DNA of 64,000 nucleotides from an uncultured Gammaproteobacteria bacterium (GTDB lineage Bacteria; Patescibacteriota; Microgenomatia; UBA1406; GWC2-37-13): NCBI GenBank assembly GCA_964591375.1, contig CAZQAU010000001.1, positions 16,129 to 80,128 of the forward strand, read 5' to 3'. Shown piece by piece: positions 47,156 to 57,700 of this stretch (position 1 is its first letter; each line of letters starts with the position of its first letter). The notes under the pieces were generated by a model. It saw only the letters and a program-made list of their open reading frames with translations, ran no database searches and was not told where the DNA came from. The position numbers and the translations under genes were made by a program.

Positions 47156-49408
47156 TCATTTCACTTTCGCATTCTTTTTCCTACATTTGCCACAAATACA
47201 ACACATAGTAGTGACTGCAACAACTATTAGTACAAACAATCCTATAGATAAAGGAATCCAAAGACAAGGATCTTGTAATAATGTGCCTTGAGATTTGCGA
47301 CAGGCAAAATCGCAAGCACTGCAACTAGTAGAGTTATTAGTAGTTGTTTGATTTGCATTTATAATGTCCACACGATTTGTATTGGGATCAAGTGTCAAAT
47401 AACAGGGGAACACCTGACTGTAATATGTAGGATTGTTTAATTTGGATGTATCCATGGATCGCACGGCAGTAAAAATACATACTGGAGCAACAGTCGTTTC
47501 GTTTGAAAATGTAAAGGTAAAAGGAGCAGATGTAATAGTTATACCATATTGCAAATTGATAGAGTTTTCAGCGGTTTCAATTGTGGCAGCATATACCACA
47601 GGTTTGTTTGTTGTAGGATCAATTAGAGTGTAGTTGCATTGCAAAGTCAAATCCACATTAATAGCATTGTTTGGTACTGTATTTATCAGATAAGCAATAG
47701 CTGTTCCGTTGCCTGCAGTGATATTTGCAATGCATGCACTCTGTGATGTAATATCAACCAATCCATTTGTTGAAATATCTATCAATGCAGAATCCAAAAT
47801 GTCCAAAAATAATTCAAGAGTGGGCTGTTGTGTGGTAAGTACTGTTCCAATATCAAAATAAATTTCTTTTCCTTCATTGGGCCACCAATTTGGCATATCA
47901 ATTCTGTAATTTGGCATTAAATATGGAGAAGGGGCTCCTGCAGCCTGTACAGCAGCAGTATAATCACCTCCGTTATTTATAACCGCAGTATTATAATTGT
48001 CTGCATAAGTATTAACACTGTTTGCCATTTGGCAAGGACTTGGCACCAATGGCACAATAGGATTGACTGTGGTCATTTGCCATCCAGGCACACCCGTATA
48101 TGCGCTCCACCATGAAGGCGGCTCATAAGTTGGATTTTGGGTTTTGTAGTTATTTAATATATTCTTTTGGCCTTGTGCATAGCCAATGATTCCTGTCTGA
48201 GCAAATAGTTGGGCCATTGTATTATTCAAATAAAACATAGACACTTTTTTTGCCATGCTGTTTTGAGTTGGTACTTTTCCTGCGCCCAAATCGGCTCCTC
48301 CTGCATTATAGGATGGGACTCTAAAGCGTCCATTTTTGATAACAAATGTTTTGCCATCAAAAGGAACATTGACATCGGATCCCAGTGTGACATATGGATT
48401 ATATGCACCCATTTCATTTGTCAAGTTCCCATAGTCACATAATATCACTAACCCATCTATAGTGGGAACATTGCTTTGAGCATCAGAATATACCTTGTTT
48501 ACATATAATCGAAGCAAATTGCCTTTGATAGGATAGTTTGGATTGTCAGATGTTCCTACAAACGTATCCAATACTGTAGCGTCTGATGCTTCAATAAATG
48601 CTTCAATAGCTTCTTGTGATGAGCCATAATTATTCATGGCAACATATATATCAGTTACCAACTGAGGTCCGGTTACAGTATATACACTGCAAACAGGATC
48701 CACTGCCCATCTTCTATGTTGAGACGCAGGATCTAAGTTGCACGTGCTACAACAAATGCTTGTGCATTCTTTGTTTAAAGTAGCGGAATATCCGTTATTT
48801 GGATCTGTATTAGGACCACAATTTGCTGAAATAGATAAAGGATCCGTAATACTATTACATGGCCCCAAATCAGTTGGATCATCCGCAGTGCATTGGCATG
48901 CTGCTAATGCATTGCAATTTGGGCTTACAATAGGAGTATTAGAGTCCACTGGGAAAAAACTGTATGGGACATTGCCTTTGAAATTCAAACCATATTTAAC
49001 ATATACTCTTGTTGAAATGATTCCTATGTCTAATTGAGGTGTTATAGTGTTACAAGGTGAAATTGTACAATCAGTAGAATCAGGCGATAAAAAGCACGGA
49101 TTTGATTGTGTTCCTATGGTATTAATACTCAACAATAATTCATTGTATGATATATTCGGAGATGCTGCGGGCATTCTCAAAGCCGTTCTTAAATATTCTG
49201 TATAACCAGACTCGACAGAACAATTTAATTGATAATTTGTTGCAAATTCTGCATCAGGACAAGCCTTGAACGCATCGGTATATAAAAAGGTTTGGGTATT
49301 TGATGTTTCCTTGACGTAGCTTTCACACACTTCTTGCACGTTATTGTTCACGAATTGTCCATATGTTATTAACAGAACAAAAAGAACTAAAAATATAATT
49401 TTGATCAT
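47156..49408 (-). CDS. large Cys-rich type I membrane glycoprotein, family member 1 (750 aa)
   Basis: The track start at 49438 is GTG. The ATG is at 49406-49408 (MIKIIFLVLFVLLITYG signal). Many N-x-S/T sequons. C-terminal TM LWIPLSIGLFVLIVVAVTT followed by CCICGKCRKK. Colinear conserved blocks with 49714..52086 and 54778..58113. Confidence 0.85.
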   Translation of the reverse strand: MIKIIFLVLFVLLITYGQFVNNNVQEVCESYVKETSNTQTFLYTDAFKACPDAEFATNYQLNCSVESGYTEYLRTALRMPAASPNISYNELLLSINTIGTQSNPCFLSPDSTDCTISPCNTITPQLDIGIISTRVYVKYGLNFKGNVPYSFFPVDSNTPIVSPNCNALAACQCTADDPTDLGPCNSITDPLSISANCGPNTDPNNGYSATLNKECTSICCSTCNLDPASQHRRWAVDPVCSVYTVTGPQLVTDIYVAMNNYGSSQEAIEAFIEASDATVLDTFVGTSDNPNYPIKGNLLRLYVNKVYSDAQSNVPTIDGLVILCDYGNLTNEMGAYNPYVTLGSDVNVPFDGKTFVIKNGRFRVPSYNAGGADLGAGKVPTQNSMAKKVSMFYLNNTMAQLFAQTGIIGYAQGQKNILNNYKTQNPTYEPPSWWSAYTGVPGWQMTTVNPIVPLVPSPCQMANSVNTYADNYNTAVINNGGDYTAAVQAAGAPSPYLMPNYRIDMPNWWPNEGKEIYFDIGTVLTTQQPTLELFLDILDSALIDISTNGLVDITSQSACIANITAGNGTAIAYLINTVPNNAINVDLTLQCNYTLIDPTTNKPVVYAATIETAENSINLQYGITITSAPFTFTFSNETTVAPVCIFTAVRSMDTSKLNNPTYYSQVFPCYLTLDPNTNRVDIINANQTTTNNSTSCSACDFACRKSQGTLLQDPCLWIPLSIGLFVLIVVAVTTMCCICGKCRKKNAKVK

Positions 49409-49524
49409 TTCATCAAAAAATGAATTTTTTGTCGTCACCTGTTCTGTTTATATTATTACGATTATATATTAATGATTGAATCATTTTTATAATTACTAAT
49501 ACAATTATTTAAAAACTTTTTCAA

Positions 49525-49686
49525 ATGGGCAAAGCGTTTAATCGATGTGTGAATGGACACGGCCGGGTTGTGACTATTTCCAATGGAAATAAATATTTCC
49601 ATATTTGCTATCTCAAGGGAAAGGGGATTCGTGGAGAAATACATACCAAAAAGAAAACAGTTGTCAGAAAAAGAAGCAGAAAATAA
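49525..49686 (+). CDS. candidate small basic Cys/His protein (53 aa), absent from the ORF track
   Basis: I translated it by hand: MGKAFNRCVNGHGRVVTISNGNKYFHICYLKGKGIRGEIHTKKKTVVRKRSRK, with TAA at 49684-49686. ATG in caaATGg context. Locally G+C-richer than the surrounding 305-nt spacer. Confidence 0.3.
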   Translation: MGKAFNRCVNGHGRVVTISNGNKYFHICYLKGKGIRGEIHTKKKTVVRKRSRK

Positions 49687-49713
49687 TTTTAAAAAACAAT
49701 ATGTTTTATTTGT

Positions 49714-52086
49714 TCATTGAATTTGCTGTAGTAAACTTGTTTTTCTCCTTCTTAAATTAACAGCATAATAACCATGGCTACTCTTGTTTGGTTGAGCTTC
49801 GTTTGTTTTATACAAATCATTGTCTTGATGTTGGATTTCTTTGACTTTTTTCTTTTCAGAGCTATCCATGCATGCAAATGCAATTACAAGAATTATCAAT
49901 ACAAAAATGGTCACTATGGATACATATAATATAATACTAAATGGGGTACATCCAGCTTGGAATCCAAAAGCTGCTCCTAAAGATGGGCAACTATATACCG
50001 TTTGATTATATGATACTGCTACTGCAATGGTGCCATTGCCAGGATATGCATCGCAACTAATCACCGGATTTTGTAGCAATCCCATTTGCACAGTTCCAGT
50101 GCTATCCGTTATTGTATAAGTAACGTTTCCAATAAAAATAGGTAATGTATTGTTCTCTAAGAATCCAGAAGTCGTGTTCAAAGTAAAAGAGTATGATTTT
50201 GGTAAAAATCTACAACGATGTCCTTCGATATTTGACAAATCGTTGACTTGTTGAGAATCAGGTAAAGTGGTATCCAATATAATAATTGAGGTATTGTATC
50301 CGAAAGGTGCACCTACACTTTCTACAGTTACAATAAAATCTCCTGATGTTGAGCCAACATTGCATAACATAATACTCAACAATCCAGTTTGTGTTTGCGC
50401 ATTATAAAAGCAACTGCTCTGTGAAATACTGACAATAGCATTTGGAATGTGTTTGCTGTATTGTACAAGCTGTTCGCTAACATCAAATGTACTTTGCATT
50501 CTAAGCAACGGATAATTTGTACGGCCAGTTGGGAATTTGGAAAGATACAATCCCTTTCCTATTTTAAATATATGGTAATTTGGGAAATTAGGACTGTATT
50601 TCGGAGGCAAGTACTCTGGTACAGGTGGCGTTGTCGACCCATTATTATATGCAGATTTGTAGTCCTGAGAAAAATCGTTCAAAATACTAGCAACTTGGCA
50701 AGGAGTCTTAACGGTAGAATATGTTGTTCCAGGCACACACAATCCATCTAATGGAGTACCGCCAACTTGCAAAGATGAACAAGCAGCATTTAAAGCATTT
50801 GCCGAATTGTACAAATTGTCTCCCATGCCTCCTGCATTACCATTCTGATCGCATTGTGTTCCGTATTCTCTTGCATATTTATCTGCACTTATGTAATACC
50901 ATGATACAGTGGAATTCATTCCATTTGCGGTTGGTACACCTCCCACTACACCTTGCAAAGGATTTTTTGCTCCCAAGATGAGCTGTTGGAAGGTGGATTC
51001 TGATTTGTCTATACCACAAACTACGATATATCCATTTAGGGCTTGTCCAATATCATATGGCACACTTGGGCCTTCTAAATTGATTGCATTAAGCAAGCCT
51101 CTAACAAAATTGCGCCTTCCAGACATACTAACAGTTCGGCCATTGTTTGTTTTTAAAAATATACTGTAGGTATCCGTTATATTATCGTTTGATATAATAA
51201 TTTCTACTGCTGCAGTCAAATACGGAACAGCCGAAATTTTAAAAATACTACAATAAGGCAAAGCAGGGAAGCTTGCAGCTAAAGTAGGCGCAGGAATTCC
51301 ATTTGCTGGACAATCTCCACAAACTGCACCTTGGCAATAGTCTTGAGAGTTTACCACTCTTTTCACATAGGATGTGTTTGCTATAGAATCAAAATTATTG
51401 CCACACAACTGGCCAGATTGAATCATTGGCTGTATGTCAACATCTAAAGGTTTGAATGCACTACATACACTTGAAATATAATTGGCTGGAGCACCAGCAC
51501 ATGTTCCAGGACCAACTAGTAACAGATTTGGGTCTGTTAATGATGCATTGATACTTGCATCAAATGTTCCAAAAAAATATGTGTATGGTACAAATGGAAA
51601 CACCCTTATTAAATTATGTGTGATTTGAGTTGGTATGACTCTTAATGTGATTTTTGTATTGTTTTTGATTATATTACAATCGGTATGTCCTGCACAGCTA
51701 TTTGCCGAAGAAAGCACTTGGGATTTGCCCGTGACATCAGCTGCAACTGCGGTCCATGGTATTTCGTATACAATAACAGATGAGTTTGTAACTGACAGAC
51801 TTATATTTAAATCAAATCTGGTAAGCACTCCATTTTGATTACATGTTAACATTGTGTTTGCACGATCATTATAATTACAAGGATAAAACGATTGAGATGT
51901 CAACGATACTTGTCCCATGGTAACTGGTGTTGTAGTTAATAAATGTAATACAATAGCAAGTAATAACACTTTTGATGGATTACATTTGCATGTAGTAGTC
52001 CAGTATGCACAACATACCAAAAATGCGCAACAAAATGGAATCATACAAATCAATATACCGCAAAAAATAGACCAAATAAGATCCAT
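49714..52086 (-). CDS. large Cys-rich type I membrane glycoprotein, family member 2 (790 aa)
   Basis: ATG at 52084-52086. An unusual 35-aa Cys-rich hydrophobic pre-sequence precedes a signal-like run KVLLLAIVLHLLTTTPVTMG. C-terminal TM FSIILYVSIVTIFVLIILVIAFA. The cytoplasmic tail carries YYAV. Confidence 0.85.
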   Translation of the reverse strand: MDLIWSIFCGILICMIPFCCAFLVCCAYWTTTCKCNPSKVLLLAIVLHLLTTTPVTMGQVSLTSQSFYPCNYNDRANTMLTCNQNGVLTRFDLNISLSVTNSSVIVYEIPWTAVAADVTGKSQVLSSANSCAGHTDCNIIKNNTKITLRVIPTQITHNLIRVFPFVPYTYFFGTFDASINASLTDPNLLLVGPGTCAGAPANYISSVCSAFKPLDVDIQPMIQSGQLCGNNFDSIANTSYVKRVVNSQDYCQGAVCGDCPANGIPAPTLAASFPALPYCSIFKISAVPYLTAAVEIIISNDNITDTYSIFLKTNNGRTVSMSGRRNFVRGLLNAINLEGPSVPYDIGQALNGYIVVCGIDKSESTFQQLILGAKNPLQGVVGGVPTANGMNSTVSWYYISADKYAREYGTQCDQNGNAGGMGDNLYNSANALNAACSSLQVGGTPLDGLCVPGTTYSTVKTPCQVASILNDFSQDYKSAYNNGSTTPPVPEYLPPKYSPNFPNYHIFKIGKGLYLSKFPTGRTNYPLLRMQSTFDVSEQLVQYSKHIPNAIVSISQSSCFYNAQTQTGLLSIMLCNVGSTSGDFIVTVESVGAPFGYNTSIIILDTTLPDSQQVNDLSNIEGHRCRFLPKSYSFTLNTTSGFLENNTLPIFIGNVTYTITDSTGTVQMGLLQNPVISCDAYPGNGTIAVAVSYNQTVYSCPSLGAAFGFQAGCTPFSIILYVSIVTIFVLIILVIAFACMDSSEKKKVKEIQHQDNDLYKTNEAQPNKSSHGYYAVNLRRRKTSLLQQIQ

Positions 52087-52218
52087 TTTTTGTATTTCTT
52101 TTTATCAAATAATCAATGACAAAAAAACTGCCTGTTCCTTTTTTATTTTTTTATCTAAACATTAAACATAATGTACATTATAAATTTAGCATACGCTTTT
52201 TTGTGATAAAATATTGAT

Positions 52219-53526
52219 TTATGGAGTTACTCCAGTAATCAGTCCGTAGTCCTGAGTTTGTATAAGATTGTACCAAAAAGGCTCCTGCCATTTATTCAAT
52301 GCACAATCTTGGCCATTGAATGCCTCTCCACAATAAAATGGATCAACAAAAGAATTCCTTCTGCCACTGGATCTAGTGTGATTTAAACAGCAATCCAATT
52401 CTGGAGGACAACATCCCATTGGAATTGTAAACGTTACAAATTCTGGCAAACCGGATATGGGATTGGGTCTGGTTGTTTTAAACGTTTTCTCACAGCATCT
52501 TGTTCCAGGAGGACATATCATTTTTCCACAACAGGTCTCGCCTGCTCCTGTGTTTGCACATCCTCCAAAACTAAATAGATTTTGACCAAATACCCCATGG
52601 CAAAGTTCATATCCAGCAGGACAGCATCCTACAACCCGTGATTGATTCATAAGTTCAGTCTGGGTTATAAGACTTGTTTCATTATAATAATTCCATTCAG
52701 TAACTGCTTGTACGTATGCACATTGTGATGGATCAGGGCACTTGATAGTATAATTTGCGCAAAGCCATGTGTTTGTTTGTGATATATCTTGAGAACAAGG
52801 TACAGGAAAATCAAATACAAATGCATTCGGATCTGTTGGGACAAATCCAATATAATATGCATATTCTACATATGGACAATAATCAAATGTGCTTGAATAT
52901 GCCAACTGACATCCCTGTGGGGCATTTGTTGTCACATTTATTTCGCAAAATGTGGATTGATCATTAATATTCGCCATTGGAGGCAATGGACAGCATTGAA
53001 AAGTGCCAACAGTATTTTGATTGTATACTGCTGGTAAAGGAGTGGGAGAGCCAGTGGGAACCGCTTGTCTTGAAACAACTTGTGGTATGCCTTTGCAACA
53101 TCCCCATCCTGTAGGACAAATGGAATTACCGCAGCATTGATTTATACTATCAGCACATCCTATTTTAACCCCGATAGGATCATAACAACATACTTGTCCT
53201 ACTGGACAACAGCCTTGAATCCTGGAATTTTTGTCAGATATGCAACCAAAGGAATTTGGCTGACAACAACCCATAATACGAAAATTTGCTATAAATCCCG
53301 CAGGACTATATGTATTAGGGTCAGCTACTAAAGTATTTGCAACTGGTAACAGCACATAGTCTGTGTTAGGAGGACATGTCCAAAAAGAATCTAATCCAGC
53401 AACTAAAGATGCACTTAAAGAAACCGCCAATGGTTTTGCCAAATTAATTGGATATTGTGGCCCAGGATTACTTGCAGTCACTATCACCGCCAATACAATT
53501 ACAATTGCCAAATATTCTTTCTTCAT
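52219..53526 (-). CDS. secreted Cys-rich protein with granulin-like CC repeats (435 aa)
   Basis: Signal MKKEYLAIVIVLAVIVTAS and no TM. Repeated modules: QCCGNSICPTGWGCCKG and TCCGKMICPPGTRCCEK, plus GCCPVGQVCC, GCCPAGYELC, GCCPPELDCC and GCCQPNSFGC. Confidence 0.8.
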   Translation of the reverse strand: MKKEYLAIVIVLAVIVTASNPGPQYPINLAKPLAVSLSASLVAGLDSFWTCPPNTDYVLLPVANTLVADPNTYSPAGFIANFRIMGCCQPNSFGCISDKNSRIQGCCPVGQVCCYDPIGVKIGCADSINQCCGNSICPTGWGCCKGIPQVVSRQAVPTGSPTPLPAVYNQNTVGTFQCCPLPPMANINDQSTFCEINVTTNAPQGCQLAYSSTFDYCPYVEYAYYIGFVPTDPNAFVFDFPVPCSQDISQTNTWLCANYTIKCPDPSQCAYVQAVTEWNYYNETSLITQTELMNQSRVVGCCPAGYELCHGVFGQNLFSFGGCANTGAGETCCGKMICPPGTRCCEKTFKTTRPNPISGLPEFVTFTIPMGCCPPELDCCLNHTRSSGRRNSFVDPFYCGEAFNGQDCALNKWQEPFWYNLIQTQDYGLITGVTP

Positions 53527-53581
53527 TTTCGTCAGAATTGATTTTTGACCGCCTTTGTTTTATTTGTATTTGACAAAAATT

Positions 53582-54148
53582 ATGAATACATATTTTCATA
53601 AAAGCCGTTTTTTATTTTTTGCATTTGACTATTTTAGAATGAAAAAATCAGGCTCATATGACCCAAGAATAAGACCCATTTTATCACTTGAAAACTTAAA
53701 CAAATCGGACGTTCCTGATACTCCTAAGAATTCACCCATTGGAAATGAAACAGCGAAACGCATAGCATTAAATAAGGAATGTGATTTGCCAAATACTATG
53801 TCCAAGAAACCTAGAACTGAACCAGAAACGGAAAGCTTTTACCGATACGAAAGTATAGATGATTATGAAATAGCTAGGCAGGACATATTACAAAAACTTG
53901 ATAATGAAACCTTTGAAGAAAAACGCAAGATTACGATTGAAAAACTTGATGAAATTAAGCAATTAATTGAACTGGCGGCTAAGGAAATGGAAACAATACA
54001 ATACGATTTGGCCACATATAACAAAAAAGACGATACTTTATTGAAAACAATCAACAAAGACCAGGATATGATGATGTATTTGACATGTGTTGCACAACGC
54101 ATTTGTGAAGTACAGAGAGATGTTAAAAAAGCTGTAAAGAAAAAATGA
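53582..54148 (+). CDS. hypothetical coiled-coil protein (188 aa; may instead start at ATG 53639, giving 169 aa)
   Basis: The track start at 53555 is TTG. In-frame ATGs at 53582 and 53639 (MKKSGSYDPRIRP). The C-terminal half is heptad-like and charged. Confidence 0.6.
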   Translation: MNTYFHKSRFLFFAFDYFRMKKSGSYDPRIRPILSLENLNKSDVPDTPKNSPIGNETAKRIALNKECDLPNTMSKKPRTEPETESFYRYESIDDYEIARQDILQKLDNETFEEKRKITIEKLDEIKQLIELAAKEMETIQYDLATYNKKDDTLLKTINKDQDMMMYLTCVAQRICEVQRDVKKAVKKK

Positions 54149-54162
54149 CATATAATGTTTGG

Positions 54163-54180
54163 AATAAAACATGTTTTATT
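54163..54180. terminator. perfect 18-nt palindrome AATAAAACATGTTTTATT in a 48-nt convergent spacer; candidate bidirectional 3'-end signal
   Basis: Self-complementary when read by hand. It supplies AATAAA on both strands, 15 nt after the stop of 53582..54148 and 17 nt after the stop of 54197..54661. Confidence 0.35.
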
Positions 54181-54196
54181 TTTTAAAAAGTATGCA

Positions 54197-54661
54197 TTAC
54201 AATACATCGTCGTCATCTTTGTGCAATTGTTGTTCGTCTGTAACCGCCGTTTTCTTGTAGCCTTTGCCAAATTTAAATGTGTTTTTGCGCCACTTTTCTT
54301 TCGCCCAGTCATTGAAAATATCGCATCGCCCGCTTTTGCATGCAGCATAGGTAATTACAATTAAAGCACAAAATGATACTATGGACAAAGTGACGACTAA
54401 TAAAACCCATCCTGGCACATATCCAGAAGGTAAGCTTCCACTGCTTGATGTATCATCGCTCGAACTTGGTGGAGGCGGTGATAATGTAGTTGTTACTTGG
54501 TCATAACTTTCGGTTGTATATTTCTTTTGGCTTTTTTCTGTATTTTCATATAAATCCGTAGTCAATCCAGTGTACATTCCATGAGTTGTACTATCAGAAG
54601 GAGGGGGTGATGCTACACATAAAGCAAACAGAAAAGCACATATTGTAAATGCAATTGCCAT
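54197..54661 (-). CDS. small mucin-like type I membrane protein (154 aa)
   Basis: ATG at 54659-54661. Signal MAIAFTICAFLFALCVA. Ser/Thr/Pro-rich ectodomain (SPPPSDSTT, LSPPPPSSSDDTSSSGS). TM WVLLVVTLSIVSFCALIVITYAA. Acidic C-terminus DDDDVL. Confidence 0.7.
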   Translation of the reverse strand: MAIAFTICAFLFALCVASPPPSDSTTHGMYTGLTTDLYENTEKSQKKYTTESYDQVTTTLSPPPPSSSDDTSSSGSLPSGYVPGWVLLVVTLSIVSFCALIVITYAACKSGRCDIFNDWAKEKWRKNTFKFGKGYKKTAVTDEQQLHKDDDDVL

Positions 54662-54777
54662 ATTGAAACAAACGGAATTATTTTTATGTGTTCAAATACA
54701 AAAATACAAACATATTTTTCTCACTGATTCCTAAAAAATATATGCGGCAAATATATACATTTGGATTTTTTAAATTA

Positions 54778-57700
54778 TTATGAAGGTTGCGAAGATATTG
54801 CTTTGACAATAGGTTTGTTTGCCTTTAGAGCATTAATTTTTTGGTTGGTTTCAGAAGTTGAGGAACGGATTGCAGATATACAACAAATTCCAACAAACAT
54901 CAAACAAAACGCAAGGATAAATAAAATAAATCCCCATGCAACTGCACTTGAAGTAGGTTCTTGTGGAACAGGACAATCCATGCCATATGATTGACATGCA
55001 TTTGTGGCATTATACGAGACAACTGGGAGAGAACTTGAAGAAGCAACTACCGAACAGCCACTAGTTACCAATGTATCAAACAAAATACCGTAAATAGGAT
55101 GGGTCAAATTGAATGTGCATGTTGTTGAAGTCGGTATTACACCACTATGTCTTAATGGCACTTGTACAAGAACAGGCTGTGAATTCGGTGCTATTTCAAA
55201 TACAGGAGCACCGTTCTGAGTAATACCACTTCCTTGAGAACACTGTACAATAACAGTATAATCTCCAGGCAAGGTGCCTGTGTTTGCAACAAACATTTTC
55301 ATTTGTCCATCATTGGAGTTTTGTATTACACCACATAAAATGTCTCCAGGTTGTACTCCTGTATCTTTTAGACAATATGGTGTATTAGGAGTTATTTTGG
55401 GTTGACTAAAACACCCCGAAGAAATATCTTGTTGAACATCATACAATTCTCCATCAACAGTAACTTTGAGCCTCACATACAAATTATTGCTTTGTAATGT
55501 AGGATCCTGGTAAATTAATTTGTTTCCATTGACATAATACAATGGAGCAGGACATGGCCCGGAATCAAGACCAGTTGTGGATTCGTCCACCCAATTTGGT
55601 GGCAAATAGCCAAAACTTCTGTAAGCATCAATAAATTCCTGGCAATTCTCAGAAACTGCCATCCATTGATGATAATAACTTGATATTTGACAAGGAGTAT
55701 GTACTTGCATATTATCTCTAATCAAAATTTCTGTCGTAGAACTATTTTTTACCAAATCCGTTATGCGGTCTTGTAATGTCCAATCTTCACATTGCATGAA
55801 TCCCGGAACGCATGTATTTCTACATTCTTTGCAAAGGAAATTGGCATTGAAGGTATTTGCATAATATCTATTTTGTATGCCGTTCTGGCCACAGCCTGTA
55901 CCATAGCCATTCATTTTTTGTTCAGGCACATAATAAAACCATACTCCCTTATTGTTTTGTATTGTAGTATTTAATCCAAGTAACTCGGGCCATGGCGTAA
56001 ACGCTATTCTTTTACCCTGTTGATTTCTTATGCCTATACCATCGTTGCTAATTATATCTTTCCAAGGATTTATAGTGATATCATTTGCATTTCCCATAAA
56101 TATACCAGGTCCTGAACCCGATTGGTTGCATACAACAATAAATCCATTCAATTCTGATCCAATAGAACCAGTAGTAGAATCTATACCAACAATTTCGATC
56201 AACATACTGTGATTTGCACTAGTTGCTACTTGACCAACTAGTGGAGATGATGTTTGTTGATAGCATTGGCTTTTATCAGTGCCAGTTCCTTGCACACAAT
56301 TTTGTGCCATTACTACATTTGTTATGTTTACAAAATCAGCTTGAGCCCCGCCTTGTACTATGGTTGCATTGATAGTAAACACAGGATTTGGTGCTGGCCT
56401 TATTTGATATACTTTGCATAAAGGATACATTTTTCCAATAGCAGATGCAGTATAATGTGTTCCACCAGTTGCATCAACTAATCCAGTTCGTTCAATAGCA
56501 CAAACTGGACATATGTTAGGATTGACATTTGCTGGACAGTTGGGTTGCGCTCCACCTTTGCCGTCTTTATTTACTCCTGGAACACATTGCACATATGCAA
56601 TACCTCCACTATCTTCTGTTTGTACAGACGATACACAGCAATTATTATCACTTGGACCACATGCGTTTACTCCTCCATGAGGAACAGTATATGGTCCTAC
56701 AATATCATTCGGATCATTGTTTCTAAATGTGGTTGGAGATAATCCATATGGAAAAAATGGAGGCAGTACACCTGTACTTGATAATGTACCAGATCCTCCA
56801 CAGCCTGGCATCACAGGGCGAATAGACATAACTCCTCCATACTGATTTACATCGTCATCTGAACTACAAAATTTAGCCGTTTGTTGATTTGGATTCATTT
56901 TCCATTGGGGAGCTCTTCCCATATAGAACCAATTGCCAAAGAAAAACCTACATACACTATTTGGAGCTAATCTCATAAATTTTCTTTGGCATTGTGCATC
57001 CCCATCATCTGCACCATCATCATCCACTTCTGAGCGTTTACATGGTCCTGTTCTTATTGTATGAGGATTTCCAGAGTCGTCTACATTTGCATCGTTTTCT
57101 GCATTGGTATCACCGTTAAAACTGTATGGAGTATCCCATCTCGCAGTTGCTGGAGGCTCCACCATTCCAAAAATACAATTTCCGTCAGGTTCAGTACAAC
57201 CTGCATTTTTAAAACAAGCTGTGCTTGGAGCAGGCATATCACACATGACTTGCCTATCCACTTTTGAAGAACCAAATAGATTTGTGGTTTGATCACTAAC
57301 ACTCTCCAAACATGCTTTGTAACTGTTACCATCATCATCACCTCCACTTCCAGAATAACAATTGCCCACCCAAGGCCAATTAGGACTTCCACTTGATCCT
57401 CCAAAAGGATTGAGTTCGCTTAATGTAGTACACGCTTTTGTGTTTCCAATAGCAAAATTGCATATATGAGAAAATTGTATTCCAAGTTCCTCTGGCTTAC
57501 AAGAGGATGTAACATTCAAACATTTAATGTTGTTTTGAACATTTGCTGTGCCCCCACATGTACCTGGAGGGTTATCATTATATCCATCAAATACTGCGCT
57601 AAAAAACGAAGCATATGCAAATGGAACTTCCAAATCGATATCGGCAAGTTCGTAATATACAACCAAAGGAGAGGACTTGACTGTCAAGGTTAATTGTTCA

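Noticed and set aside
49462..49644. 60-aa minus-strand ORF in the spacer between two glycoprotein genes.
   Set aside because: It overlaps the more protein-like plus-strand 53-codon ORF and has no distinguishing features. It cannot be excluded without expression data.
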